Positions 19,887-30,776 of a stretch of 64,000 nt of DNA are shown here, piece after piece. The stretch lies in assembly GCA_963726195.1 (NCBI GenBank), contig CAVSBO010000003.1:64001-128000 (forward strand), written 5' to 3'. The notes below the pieces were generated by a model, which saw only the letters and a program-made list of their open reading frames with translations, had not been told where the DNA came from and searched no databases. This DNA comes from Candidatus Thorarchaeota archaeon. GTDB taxonomy: Archaea > Asgardarchaeota > Thorarchaeia > Thorarchaeales > Thorarchaeaceae. How positions within the stretch are numbered: the stretch's first letter is position 1; every line of letters begins with the position of its first letter. The position numbers and the translations under genes are program-made.

Positions 19887-22800
19887 ATGAAACGAGCAAT
19901 GAGTTTGATTCTGATAGCTGTACTGGTGTCGACTTTCGGGGCGGCGACGAGCTTCGTAGGCGCCCAAGGAGGCACCAGTCCGGTTGTCCACGTTGGCTGG
20001 AATGTGACCAACACGACAGAAAACATTACACATCAGTATCAGGACTCGCTGTGGATTTTCGGCCCCCAGCCCAACGTCTGGATTACATACGCCAAGAACG
20101 GGACCAACATCGCCAACAACCAGTACCGGGTCAATGCCGGTGACCAGCTGTTAGTGAACATAACTATTCCATACAAGTTCCTTCCAACTGGATCGGTTCT
20201 AGACGTTGTCAATTTCTGGGGTCAGACTGGCCCTACTGCTCCCATGAAGGCAGTGTTTGGTCTCGAATACAATACGACTTCTGATACTTGGAACAGTGTG
20301 AGTCTGATCTACAAGCATGGCCCTGAGAAGCCTCCTGCGCCGGGGTTCATGGCCCTCAATGCGACTCGCTCCACCTTTGCCAGTAGCAGCCTCTCGCAGA
20401 CGTATGATGTCGTGTTCGCGGTAACATTCGATAACGAGATTGTCACTATTTTCTCAACTGGCTTGCAAGTCGTAGACACCAACGGCAAACCCGTAATTGC
20501 TTCTTGGCTGAACACCAGGCCAGGTGAGTACGGAAGCCCGCCGCTGGGCTTGGGAGTGGCTGTCGCACCTAACGAGTTCACTATACCGAAGTACTACTAC
20601 GCTGAAGCAATTGGCAACGACAACAACATCATTCACTACGTCGACTATGGAACCAACTTCACCCTAAGGCTACAATCTAACGTTCGATTCGGTAAAGTCA
20701 TGATACCTTTCTGCATTCTGTCGACCTCTAAAGAATACGCACTGAATTACGACTGGCCTATGAAAGTGGATTTGTACAACCGTCACAGTGCAAATCAAAC
20801 CATTCATGGGATGCCACTATTCCTTGTCTTCAGGCATAATGCCACCGGAACCTATGCGCTCCCCGGCTACCTGTACAACATCACTTGGACATGGATACCT
20901 GAAATCATACAGTGGTCTGTGGCCTTTGACATCAAGTTGAACAGCACTATTCGGATGTCCGCTTTCTACCACCAGCTGTATGCTGACAATAGCTCGAACG
21001 GCGCAGAGATCAAGTGGACCGGTTGTTTTGACAAGGCAGTGAACATGAGCGGCTACGCTCTTGATGTAGGAGGAACCATTTCACCCGTTCCCAGCTTCTG
21101 GAAGGTATTCGACTCTGGGAATGACCCTCTTGAACCCCGTCAAGAAATAACAACCAAGAACACAGTCAAGATTGCATTTCATTCAGCGTTCATTGAGGCG
21201 TTTGTCAAAGACCCGTTAGGCAAGATAGCAGACCGAGCAATGCCCAATGACGTTCTTAACGTGACGCTCGTTATCCATGCTCCAGATGGAAAGGTGAACG
21301 GCACGTACTACGTACCCGTGAATCAGACCATCAACAGCGGAACTCTCGATCTTGCTGGCATAGAGGTTCATAGATTGCTGCAGAACATTACACTCATGTT
21401 TTCCGGCGGTGGCATCTCGAGCAACCAAACTCACGTGATTACGTATACCGTGACGCATGAAATAACAATAGACCTCGTTCACGACATGATGACAAATGTG
21501 TCGCACATTGACTACCGGGTCGGCTATCGGAGCAACGGCACTCTCATTGCCCACGTGAGGTTCAACACAACCAGCATTACTGCGATGTTGGATCCATTGA
21601 ATTGGAATCTCACTGTCGGCAAGGATTTGTCCCGCCTGTGGTTCACCTTCAAATTCACGAACCAAGCTCCTTCAGTCATGTTCGACAAGGTTGTCATATT
21701 CGCGGGCATCTTCGAGCAATACTTCATGAATGTGTCTACCCACGGTGCAAATTCCTACATCCTCTGGCCCGCAGGGAGCCATAGCTCAATCGAGGTCTCT
21801 CAGGATAACGTGGTTTGGAGTCCTAGCCGCCTGCTTGTTGGCAATCCTATTGCTTTCGAGCAACAGAATTGGGCTGTGACAAAGGACAACGCAATAGACC
21901 TCGACGGTAACGTGTTCACCACAACAGACCAATACTTCGTCCGAAGAACTGGAACATGGAAAGACTGGGGCAACGTAACCAAAGATGGCATGGAAGTCGG
22001 ACTCGTTTTCGACCCGACACCAGGCAGTCCGGGTGACGAATTCATCTCAGTCACATGGATGGGAGTCGTCAAGATGATGATTAGTTTCCAGGCAAATGAG
22101 ACATTCACATGGACTCACGCCGACGGGACGCCCGTCAACTCGAGTGAGATGAATCAGATACAAGAGAAGATGTGGGCAGTGAAGGGGCTAGTCCCTGCTC
22201 CGGGCTATGAGTGGGTCGCTTGGATGAGCGTGAACCGTACAATCGACCTGAGTGGGATCCCAGCTCTGAAGTCTAGGTCCTGGTCCAATACTTGGTTTGC
22301 ATGGGGAACAACTCAAGCATTCCAAGTCTCGACATCAGCGGCTGCTAAGGAATGGGCTGCATTCAGAGCCCAATATGCAGGCCTACTGCTGTTCCGAGAC
22401 CTGCCTAACAACGGCTCTGTCGGAGCGCCTGACTTCCAAATCGTTAACGGCCAAGTAGTGACTGACGAAGTTACCCACTTCGTCCTGATCGACTCAGTCG
22501 GCTCAGTCAGTCTGACAAGGCCCTTGGGAGCTATGGTTGACCAAGGATTCGCCGATGTTGCACCAGCAACTCTCGTGAACTTCGGCATCACAATACGTCA
22601 AGTCAATGTCACAATCTACCCACTCAGGGTGGAGAACTCCGACGCAATCCGAGGTGCCTGGCAGATCAGGCAATCCTCCGAAGGCGCAGTTGGACTTAAC
22701 TCGACCAACTTCGACTACTGGATAACACCCGCCAAGGTCGACGTGATGTCTTTCAACGTGTCTTTCCACGTGGACCTGGTGAACTACAACCCGAGTGACC

Positions 22801-23442
22801 CACTGAAGTGGAACCACGCTGTGGTGTTCAAGATTTCCCAGGTGATTGGGAACTGGACACTACATGACTTCGACAAAACCGTCCTCCAAGGCCGCAGTCT
22901 TGCAGTCAACTACTTCGGTGTTCTTGGCACGGCGACAAGAACCCAGTATAGTGCTGGCCAGAAACCCGTGACCGACACAGGTGGAGCGAGTGTCAACGCT
23001 TCCTACTACGAATTCCGTGCTGCTAACAACCCATTCGCCAATGTGACGATGGGTGGTCTGCCTTACACATGGGGCGGCGACAACTACTCTACCAACTACA
23101 CGTCCGGTTCTTCAACCGCTCCAGTCGGTGCCTTCAGCGCAATGTACGAATCAGCATCGGGTGATACCGTCACCAACTGGCAAGTTCAAGCCTCAATGCT
23201 CTTCATGACAGCTGGCTACAGGAACTGGGGCGGCCACGAAATCAGATGTGATCCAGTGTTTGTTTCGTACACTACTGCGCACCCAGCAGGATCCACAACA
23301 ACAACCACGACAAGTACAACTGGCACTACAACTACATCTTCGGGCCCGCCAACCACTATCAACGAAATGGCCCTATACATCGCAGTCGCAGGCTGTCATT
23401 GCACTAGTCGTCATCGTCATAGTTGTCGTGAGAAGACGGTAG
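19887..23442 (+). CDS. Large secreted surface/S-layer-like glycoprotein with Thr-rich linker and C-terminal anchor (frameshift ~23392)
   Basis: Signal peptide, numerous N-x-S/T sequons, TTTTTTSTTGTTTTS linker. The TM anchor VIALVVIVIVVVRRR* lies in the +1 frame. Confidence 0.75.
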
Positions 23443-23489
23443 TCGACATGGGGGTGTAGCAACACCTCCACTCAGAACAAGAATCAAGA

Positions 23490-23540
23490 CTTGCCTTGAC
23501 GCAAGTGCTGCGTCAGGGCAAGGCCCCTCTCTTTCCTTTG
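23490..23540. terminator. 14-bp hairpin followed by a pyrimidine tract, between convergent genes
   Basis: cttgccttgacgca-agtgc-tgcgtcagggcaag, then cccctctctttccttt. Confidence 0.6.
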
Positions 23541-23553
23541 ACAACACCACGAA

Positions 23554-24222
23554 TCAGACGCCAAGTGCTTGAAGCACATCTTTAGGCAGTCTGTCCTTGA
23601 CAGTTGTCGGTTCTGTCAGATAACTATCATCAGCAGGCATCACTAGGCTCCAACCACGATTGGCATATTCATACGCGGTACAGGACGCGAAGCCCAAGTA
23701 CAACCAATCCTCGAGCTGAGGAGGTCCGCCTCTCACGAGGGAGAGAAAGAGAGCAGTGACTATTGGGTGGCTCACGACGGCGATAGACCCACCGATGCTC
23801 TTCTCTGCGATATTGTTCATGCAGTCACCGAATCTGCGCTTAGCAGTGTTGAAAGACTCGCCACCAGGAGGAGCATGAGCCGAATCATTCCACATTGCTG
23901 GAAGACGATCGGTCAGTTGTCTTGGCATCGACTTGCTCTTGCCCAAGGATGCTTCAGATAGGCAGTCCTTGCTTTCGGTCTTGATTTGAAACTCCTTCGC
24001 AAGGATTCCTGCTGTCGCAGCTGCTTCTTTGAGAGGAGATGTGTACACTATCTGGACACCAGAGACTACTCTGGACCTCGCGAGTTCAATGACTTGGTCG
24101 TGACCTCTCTGCGAAAGACTTTCAGGGCTTTCAGGAAGCGTTTCCCCGTGGACTATCAAGTAGACAAGCGTTCTGGCGCCATATGCCTTGGAGATATCGC
24201 GTTCCTGAATGAGATCAAACAT
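23554..24222 (-). CDS. Histidine phosphatase superfamily protein (RHG motif altered to VHG)
   Basis: LIVHGET, LSQRG, VYTSPL, PPGGES, VVSH. Confidence 0.8.
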   Translation of the reverse strand: MFDLIQERDISKAYGARTLVYLIVHGETLPESPESLSQRGHDQVIELARSRVVSGVQIVYTSPLKEAAATAGILAKEFQIKTESKDCLSEASLGKSKSMPRQLTDRLPAMWNDSAHAPPGGESFNTAKRRFGDCMNNIAEKSIGGSIAVVSHPIVTALFLSLVRGGPPQLEDWLYLGFASCTAYEYANRGWSLVMPADDSYLTEPTTVKDRLPKDVLQALGV

Positions 24223-24403
24223 CTCTTTACCCCGCAGGGTCCGTCTTCTGCAATAACGTGTTAATATCCATCACGGAAACAGCCGGATGCCTGAATACTG
24301 CCCATGTTTGGACAAATAGAAGGATAGCCGTGCGACACTCACTGAAGCTCACTAAGCCGACCCACGTCGTAATAGAAGTTGGGAGTTGTACAGAGCACTA
24401 GGC

Positions 24404-24739
24404 TCAGTACACTTCCCTTGGGCTCGATGTCAGTCTGTCGGGTAGTTTTCCACCCTCTCCCTCAACTTCGAGCTCAAACCCAGCTCCGACTCGGCCGCCG
24501 TTACGGATCAGAAATCCAGACTTGGTGATGCCACGCGCTTGGCGCTCGGCTGCCCTTCTGATAATCATGCTGATGTTGGAAGGAACACTCATCAAGAGTT
24601 TCTTCTTCGCATCATCGATTGTCAGGATGATTGATTCGTTGCTGGTGTTCTTAGTAGTTTCTCCGAACTGACTCGTGGTTTGATTGAACTCAAGATGAAC
24701 AGGCATGAGTGGTTTCAGCTCCGGTCGAATTCTGAACAT
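24404..24739 (-). CDS. Small conserved-looking protein, possible single gelsolin-like domain
   Basis: IILTIDDAKKKLLMSV..SMIIRRAAERQARGI..FELEVEGEG resembles the gelsolin-domain strand-strand-long-helix pattern. Recognised by eye only. Confidence 0.4.
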   Translation of the reverse strand: MFRIRPELKPLMPVHLEFNQTTSQFGETTKNTSNESIILTIDDAKKKLLMSVPSNISMIIRRAAERQARGITKSGFLIRNGGRVGAGFELEVEGEGGKLPDRLTSSPREVY

Positions 24740-24796
24740 TCAGGGGGCTGTCTACGTATTTATATGATATTGCGACGAGCCCTGTCATTATTGGGC

Positions 24797-25484
24797 CTAG
24801 GTTGGCAGTAAATGTGCTGTTCCACAGTGTGGACAGACAACGGCCGATTCTCCAAGTCCCGGAAGAGGCAGAGGAGCTCCACAATTGTGGCATTTCAGCT
24901 CTGTCAGTTCCCTTCTTTCTTCAGGTGTGGCGTTCAGGGTGAATGCGGAGGTAACGAAACCGAACGTCTTGCCAATCCTATTTGCGGCTTGGGCTATCGC
25001 ATTTCTCTGAGCAATGGTCAGAGACCCAAGTCCTATCGACATGAAGAGACTATCAATTGCCTTTCCGATTATCCCGACTGCTCGAGTGGCCTTCCAAGAG
25101 AGAACATCTGCTGTCTGCAACTCGATTAATTCGCTGTCATTGTGCCCCGGGATTTGGTACCCAAACTTCCATTCAACTCTTTGATGTCTGACAGATGACA
25201 GCACTTGATGACAACTGGGACAGACTCAGCTGCCACTCTGTCTTAGCGAACATTCCCTTCCTCGATCGCTTGTCGCCGATTTCATACCAACAACGCTTGT
25301 GCGCCGTTCTTCCACAACTGGGGCATGTGAACAAGTAGTATTTGTCCGGTCTGGCTCTCGCGGCAGACCCCGTATGCGTTTCCGCGTAAGCTAGGTCTTT
25401 TTGCGAGTTGTTCAGGAGATAGTTGCCGCATATGAAGCATGTCTTGCCGTCGAAGTCATTCAGTTTCTTAGGAGCGACTCTCAA
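24797..25484 (-). CDS. Zn-finger protein: N-terminal C4HC3 (PHD/RING-variant-like) finger plus C-terminal Zn ribbon (frameshift ~25227)
   Basis: CFIC..CPSCGRTAHKRC..[shift]VCPSC; C-terminal CHNCGA..CPHCG. Confidence 0.7.
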
Positions 25485-25539
25485 TCGACAAAACCTCCCG
25501 ACGAGGGAAACTGGCGGTCGCCTTAAGTTCTTTGGGTAT

Positions 25540-26013
25540 TCAACTGGCGGCAGGTCTTGCCTTTGGCCTCATGAGCGACAACAATAGCATGAGCAGTGCC
25601 AATGGAACAAGAATGTAATCGCTGATCGCTCCGGGTGGTATGTGTATGACAGTCAGAGGTTTCAGAAACCCGATGAGTATGCGTCCAGAGTACTCCAAAA
25701 GGACGAGCAAATACATGAAGGGGATTAAGCTTCTGTAACGGAAAGACACCACGAGATAAACGAAACCCATCAGAAGCTGTGACAATCCCCATAATGCAAA
25801 CAAGGAGATAATATTGGACCCACCTGCGACCGATACGTCAATGCCGGCTATGCTGCCTGCACCTCCATCAGGTGCTAATATGTGAATACAACTTCTTACT
25901 ATGGTAGTGATTGTGATTAGAATGAAGACTATGACCACAACTCTGTACCCTTCGTAGTTGTTGTCCACTTGTCTTGGAAAAATGCTATTGTGGTTACCTT
26001 TCTTCTCACTCAT
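25540..26013 (-). CDS. 4-TM membrane protein
   Basis: RSCIHILAPDGGAGSIAGI..FALWG..PPG. ATG 26013 lies behind GGTGG. Confidence 0.7.
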   Translation of the reverse strand: MSEKKGNHNSIFPRQVDNNYEGYRVVVIVFILITITTIVRSCIHILAPDGGAGSIAGIDVSVAGGSNIISLFALWGLSQLLMGFVYLVVSFRYRSLIPFMYLLVLLEYSGRILIGFLKPLTVIHIPPGAISDYILVPLALLMLLLSLMRPKARPAAS

Positions 26014-26272
26014 GCCAAACCCACCTTCGATTGTAGGTTTGATACGTGGTCTTGCTGTGATTCCAGTCGCTTCATATGAATTGCTACAGAGCCACGACAG
26101 ACAGCGCGAAAGGCAGAATAGGCGCCGGTCATCCTGCTGCTTCCGCTGGATGTGGCCCGGATTCGTTGGGGCTAGAAGCACGAGCCAGCATGTCGTTCAT
26201 TGCCGAATACTGCCTACGGAACTGATATTACGCACGACAGTGTCTCCGGGGTCTATTGGAGAGCAGCACCCA

Positions 26273-28942
26273 ATGGGTAATCTCATTCTAAGACTCAGCG
26301 AAACTGACACAGGCAATTCGCGACTTACGGGAAGCAAGGCCGCGAACCTGTCGCGAGTAATCAAGACTGGCTTCAAGGTTCCGGACGGTTTCGTTGTCAC
26401 AACGAATGGATATGACGAGATGCTCACGAAGCAATCACTAGGTCAGGCAATTTCGGAATCATTACGACAGATAGATTACGGAAGACCAGAGACCATCGAT
26501 GCCTGTTCCGAAAGGATCAAGGACTGCATCCGGAAGGCCAGTCTCTCCCCAGAACTAGCTGCTGAGGTCAAAACACATTATGGACAGATTGGTGGAGGAA
26601 ATGTCGCGGTGCGATCCTCAGCTAGTGCGGAGGACCTACCCGAAGCATCGTTCGCGGGCCAGTACGATACATACCTAAACATTCAGGGAGTGAACAGCGT
26701 TCTTGACCACATTAAGCAGTGCTATGCTTCTCTGTGGTCTTCGAGGGCAATCGCATACCGACACAAGAACAGCATACCTCACGAGAAGGTGAGAATAGCT
26801 GTCATTGTTCAATCAATGGTTCAACCGCGAAGCGCAGGTGTTCTCTTTACAAAGAATCCGACTCCATCTGCCGGATGCGACATGATGATCGAGTCGAGCT
26901 TCGGTCTCGGAGAGTCAGTGGTCTCAGGGGAAGTGAATCCGGACAGATTTCTGGTGTCCCAACAGACCGCTGGTGGAAAACGGGAGTACAGCGTAGTCGG
27001 CAAGGAGATTGGGGCGAAGGCCGTTTCAGCTGGTCCGCAAATGGCTATTCAGAAGACATCGCTGACAGACACTGAGGTCGTTCATTTGGCCGAGATAGGA
27101 TCATCTGTGGAGAGTCTCTTTCGCAGTCCTCAGGACATAGAATGGGCAATTGACAACTCAGGCGAAGTGTACGTACTGCAAACAAGACCCATAACTACGC
27201 GAAAGCCGGCAAAGAAAGAGTTGCCCCAGGACATTGTCTGGTCAAGAGGCTACTCGGATGACTACTGGAACGACAACGTCAGTTCTCTCTTCTACGACCT
27301 TCTAGGCGATCAACTGACATACATTGTGAATAATGAATTGAACCAGATCATGGGATACAAGAAGATGGATCCAAGACTCTTGAAACTCTTCAGAGCGCAC
27401 GTCTACTTCAATCTCGATATTCTTAGGAAAAAGGTAGTGTACGAGATTCCCCCATTCCTTCGGTCCGAGGACGTTCTGAACTACTTTCCCGAAGGTTCTG
27501 GCCCCTACGGCAAGCAGACAATGAAATCTCTTCCATTCAAGCTGAAGAATCGGATATTGGCTGAGATTCGGGTGACTCTGCTTGACGGGAACGGGAGTAT
27601 GACCAAGACAGCTACCGTCTACAAGAACTGGACAAAGGATCAATTCGACGTCTTCTGCAAGGAATTTGACCGACGCTTTGCCGAGCTCGAAAAGGAGGGT
27701 AGCCCAGAACGACTAATGGAGCTGGCGAAAGAGCTTGACAAGACCATGATGGCGCACTTCAGATTGGTCCGCTACGGGATTCCGGTGCACAACATCGGAA
27801 TGAATCTTGCCTCGAACTACTTGCTTCGCAGATTCCTCGGTAAGGACTTTGGCGGGAAAGCCTTCACTGCGCTAATATCTGGACTAGACCACAAGACAAC
27901 TGAGACAAACAGAAGGATTAGTGATCTTGCAGAACTCGCGGTGAATTCTCCATCTGTCAGGAAGGTCATAGTTGAAAGACCTTCTCCTCAGGTTCTACCT
28001 GCTCTCAGGTCAATGAGCGGAAGCGAAGCCCAAAGTTTTGTCAAGGAATTCGAGAGGTTCATCAATGACTTTGGCGACAGGGGATTCACACGAGAGCCGT
28101 ATTATCCTCGTTGGAACGAGACCCCTGAACGCGTTCTCGACGTTCTCAAATCATTAGTAACGCACGGAATTCGTGACATGACTGCCACCGAAGCTCGGAC
28201 ACTTCGGTTGAGAGGACGAGTCGAAAAGGAAGTTGAAAGGAGAATGCGTCGTCAGAGGAATGGCGCAATCAAGTGGTTGTTGTTCTCGACGATTCTGTCA
28301 TTCGCTAGAACATACATTGTGTTTCGTGAGGACCAAAGATTCAACCTCGACCGGTGGATAACCCGTAACCGCAGAGCGTATCTTGCGATTGGAAAGCGGC
28401 TTACCGCCCAGGGCGCACTGAAAGACCCGTCTCGCATATTCTTCTTGCACCGGAAAGAGATCAAACAACTGGTTTATGGCAAGCCCGACGAAGCGACTAA
28501 GCGTTCCTTTTCTCAGTTGGCCGAGCAAAGGTACAAAGACTTCGCGCAGAATGAAGATGCTGTGCCCCCGAAGTTCATTTGCGAGAGCCGCGAGTATGAT
28601 GATGCGGCTCCGGAGCCCAGTTCGATTCTGCAAGGGATAGCCGCAAGCCAAGGTCAAGCAACGGGGACCGTGCGAGTCCTGAACTCTATTCAAGACATTC
28701 CGCAAGTCAAATCAGATGAGATACTCGTTGTTCCGAGGACGGACCCCGGCTGGACGCCGGTATTCTCTTCTATACGAGCGCTGATTACGGAGACTGGTGG
28801 AATACTGTCTCACGGTGCGGTGGTCTCTCGAGAGTACGGCATTCCGGCTGTGACAAACGTGAGGGATGCCTGCAGGACCCTAAAGACCGGGCAAGTTGTC
28901 ACGGTGGATGGAAACCTAGGCCAAGTGTTGATTCGCGCGTAG
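26273..28942 (+). CDS. PEP-synthase-like phosphotransferase (ATP-grasp + substrate domain + His swivel; rifampin phosphotransferase/PigC-type architecture)
   Basis: GSKAANL, AVRSSASAEDL..SFAGQ, PQDIEWA..LQTRPIT, TDPGW, GGILSHGAVVSREYGIPAV. Confidence 0.88.
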   Translation: MGNLILRLSETDTGNSRLTGSKAANLSRVIKTGFKVPDGFVVTTNGYDEMLTKQSLGQAISESLRQIDYGRPETIDACSERIKDCIRKASLSPELAAEVKTHYGQIGGGNVAVRSSASAEDLPEASFAGQYDTYLNIQGVNSVLDHIKQCYASLWSSRAIAYRHKNSIPHEKVRIAVIVQSMVQPRSAGVLFTKNPTPSAGCDMMIESSFGLGESVVSGEVNPDRFLVSQQTAGGKREYSVVGKEIGAKAVSAGPQMAIQKTSLTDTEVVHLAEIGSSVESLFRSPQDIEWAIDNSGEVYVLQTRPITTRKPAKKELPQDIVWSRGYSDDYWNDNVSSLFYDLLGDQLTYIVNNELNQIMGYKKMDPRLLKLFRAHVYFNLDILRKKVVYEIPPFLRSEDVLNYFPEGSGPYGKQTMKSLPFKLKNRILAEIRVTLLDGNGSMTKTATVYKNWTKDQFDVFCKEFDRRFAELEKEGSPERLMELAKELDKTMMAHFRLVRYGIPVHNIGMNLASNYLLRRFLGKDFGGKAFTALISGLDHKTTETNRRISDLAELAVNSPSVRKVIVERPSPQVLPALRSMSGSEAQSFVKEFERFINDFGDRGFTREPYYPRWNETPERVLDVLKSLVTHGIRDMTATEARTLRLRGRVEKEVERRMRRQRNGAIKWLLFSTILSFARTYIVFREDQRFNLDRWITRNRRAYLAIGKRLTAQGALKDPSRIFFLHRKEIKQLVYGKPDEATKRSFSQLAEQRYKDFAQNEDAVPPKFICESREYDDAAPEPSSILQGIAASQGQATGTVRVLNSIQDIPQVKSDEILVVPRTDPGWTPVFSSIRALITETGGILSHGAVVSREYGIPAVTNVRDACRTLKTGQVVTVDGNLGQVLIRA

Positions 28943-28954
28943 GGGTAGTCCACT

Positions 28955-29923
28955 ATGGAGCCGGTCACAAATCCTCCCGCTTCGAAGCACCCTGAATGGA
29001 ATGAGAGCTACTACTTCGTCTTCTATGACAAGACCAATCACATAGGCGGAATGAGCCGTGTTGGATTCAAGCCAAACAAACCCGAGGGTATGACCTTCTT
29101 CTTTCTGTTTCTTCCGGATGGTTCAGCCGCAGGCTACCACGCAACGGACCTGTGTGAGCATTATCCGTCAGAGCTTAAGGTTGAGCAGATGTCTCACGTA
29201 AACGTAGGCGATGATACTTGGAGATACTACTTCGACGGATCGATGATTGTTGTCAAGAATCCGGAAAAGCTTCCGGAGGCAAGAGAGAGACCCGACCTCA
29301 TATCAGACTTGCTTGATGTCAAGATGGATGTAAGCTTTCATCCCATTCATGAGGAGTATGAGTACAGCGAGCATATGACTCCTGAGGCTCTTGAGCTCGG
29401 AAAGAAGTCAGGGGACAAGCACTGGGAACAAATCGCCAAGGTGAAGGGCTCAATAAGGCTCGGAGATACTGAACTGAAGCTCAAGAACGTGATCGGCCAG
29501 AGGGACCACACGCATGGAATCCGTGATTGGACCGGGGTGGGTAACTGGTTCTACTTCGTGATTTGGTTTAATGATAAGCTAGCGGTGAATCCAGCAGCGA
29601 TTGTCACCGATGATGGCCGTCTCGGCGCTGGAGGCTTCTTGTTCCAGAATGGAAAGAATATCCCCCTTCGCGACATACGGTTGGTAAAGCATTCTCTGAG
29701 AAAGGATGGTCTCCTACCGTCCAGCACTGAACTCGAACTGATTGATGCGAAGGGCAACAAACACAGACTCCTTGCGAAACCCGGAGCGATGATTCCCCTT
29801 CCCTTTGAAGATGAAAAAGGCACGAAGTCGATACTTGTTCAATCGTTCGGTCAGTTTCAGATGGATAACGTCAGGGACGGATACGGTTCCTACGAGACGC
29901 TGAGACGGATACGTGTGGGCTAG
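28955..29923 (+). CDS. Beta-barrel protein (AttH/tocopherol-cyclase-like), partner of the phosphotransferase
   Basis: WNESYYF, HWEQ, GQRDHTHGIRDW motifs. 12 bp downstream of the previous gene. Confidence 0.6.
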   Translation: MEPVTNPPASKHPEWNESYYFVFYDKTNHIGGMSRVGFKPNKPEGMTFFFLFLPDGSAAGYHATDLCEHYPSELKVEQMSHVNVGDDTWRYYFDGSMIVVKNPEKLPEARERPDLISDLLDVKMDVSFHPIHEEYEYSEHMTPEALELGKKSGDKHWEQIAKVKGSIRLGDTELKLKNVIGQRDHTHGIRDWTGVGNWFYFVIWFNDKLAVNPAAIVTDDGRLGAGGFLFQNGKNIPLRDIRLVKHSLRKDGLLPSSTELELIDAKGNKHRLLAKPGAMIPLPFEDEKGTKSILVQSFGQFQMDNVRDGYGSYETLRRIRVG

Positions 29924-30031
29924 AGAGGTTCTGACTTGCACCGATTCAACAAAAGTGTCCCGCATTGGCAACCCCTTGTTCCAAGCAAAGCTTTTTGAAC
30001 AGGCTGCGTATCGCACTTTGCTCAACGGCAA

Positions 30032-30712
30032 TTGTGGGTGCAACCAGTGTTTGAATGCTGTAACCTAAAGTTTTCAGAACTGAAGCATAAGTCTGTCTAC
30101 AGTTCTGACGGGAAGAAAGTTGGCAGGGTAATCGACTTCATATTCCGATTTGCGGATAACAAAATAGCGTTGAAGTCTGTGGTTCTTGGCGGCAGTCATC
30201 TTGAAGAATTCCTAGAAGACGCTCATGTGATTCCCGACAGGGACCCCGTATTTCAGCTCGATTGCATCGACAAGATAACTGACCGTATCTATCTGAAGAC
30301 GGCGTGCAGCTCCCTCCAGACGACGCTTGACACCGGAACCATAACCTCTGAAGACATGAAGCTCACGAAGCTCGCGAAGCTCCAAGTCATAGACTCAGAC
30401 AATGTCAAGATAGGCAATGTAATTGACGTCTGGTTCGATACGGCGAACAAGATCTGGCTTGTGCTGGGCGGAGGCTTTGTCGAGGAGACCCTCGAGAGGA
30501 TTGGAACACGTCCCAATATCGACTTTCTGGTTCCCGAGGATTTCATCGCAAGCATATCTCCGAAGCAGATTAAGCTGAAATGGACGAAGTTCCAGCTAAG
30601 TGCGACGAGTGAACGCGAGTACGAGAAGCTCAAAAGAGAAATCAGTTCGAGAGATGAAGTTGGTGACGCTAGAGGGCCTCAGCTGAGGCTCACCGGAGCT
30701 CCTCCGAGATGA
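30032..30712 (+). CDS. Tandem PRC-barrel protein
   Basis: Two repeats: SELKHKSVYSSDGKKVGRVIDF and TKLAKLQVIDSDNVKIGNVIDV. Confidence 0.8.
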   Translation: MWVQPVFECCNLKFSELKHKSVYSSDGKKVGRVIDFIFRFADNKIALKSVVLGGSHLEEFLEDAHVIPDRDPVFQLDCIDKITDRIYLKTACSSLQTTLDTGTITSEDMKLTKLAKLQVIDSDNVKIGNVIDVWFDTANKIWLVLGGGFVEETLERIGTRPNIDFLVPEDFIASISPKQIKLKWTKFQLSATSEREYEKLKREISSRDEVGDARGPQLRLTGAPPR

Positions 30713-30776
30713 TTTGTCTAGTCCTTAGTTCGACGATTGTTCACCTATGTCAAACCCGGCGTACCGAGGTCGATTA

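Noticed and set aside
26273-28942. Annotation as ppsA (PEP synthase)
   Set aside because: No C-terminal pyruvate-binding TIM barrel, and the His domain is terminal (RPH-type order).
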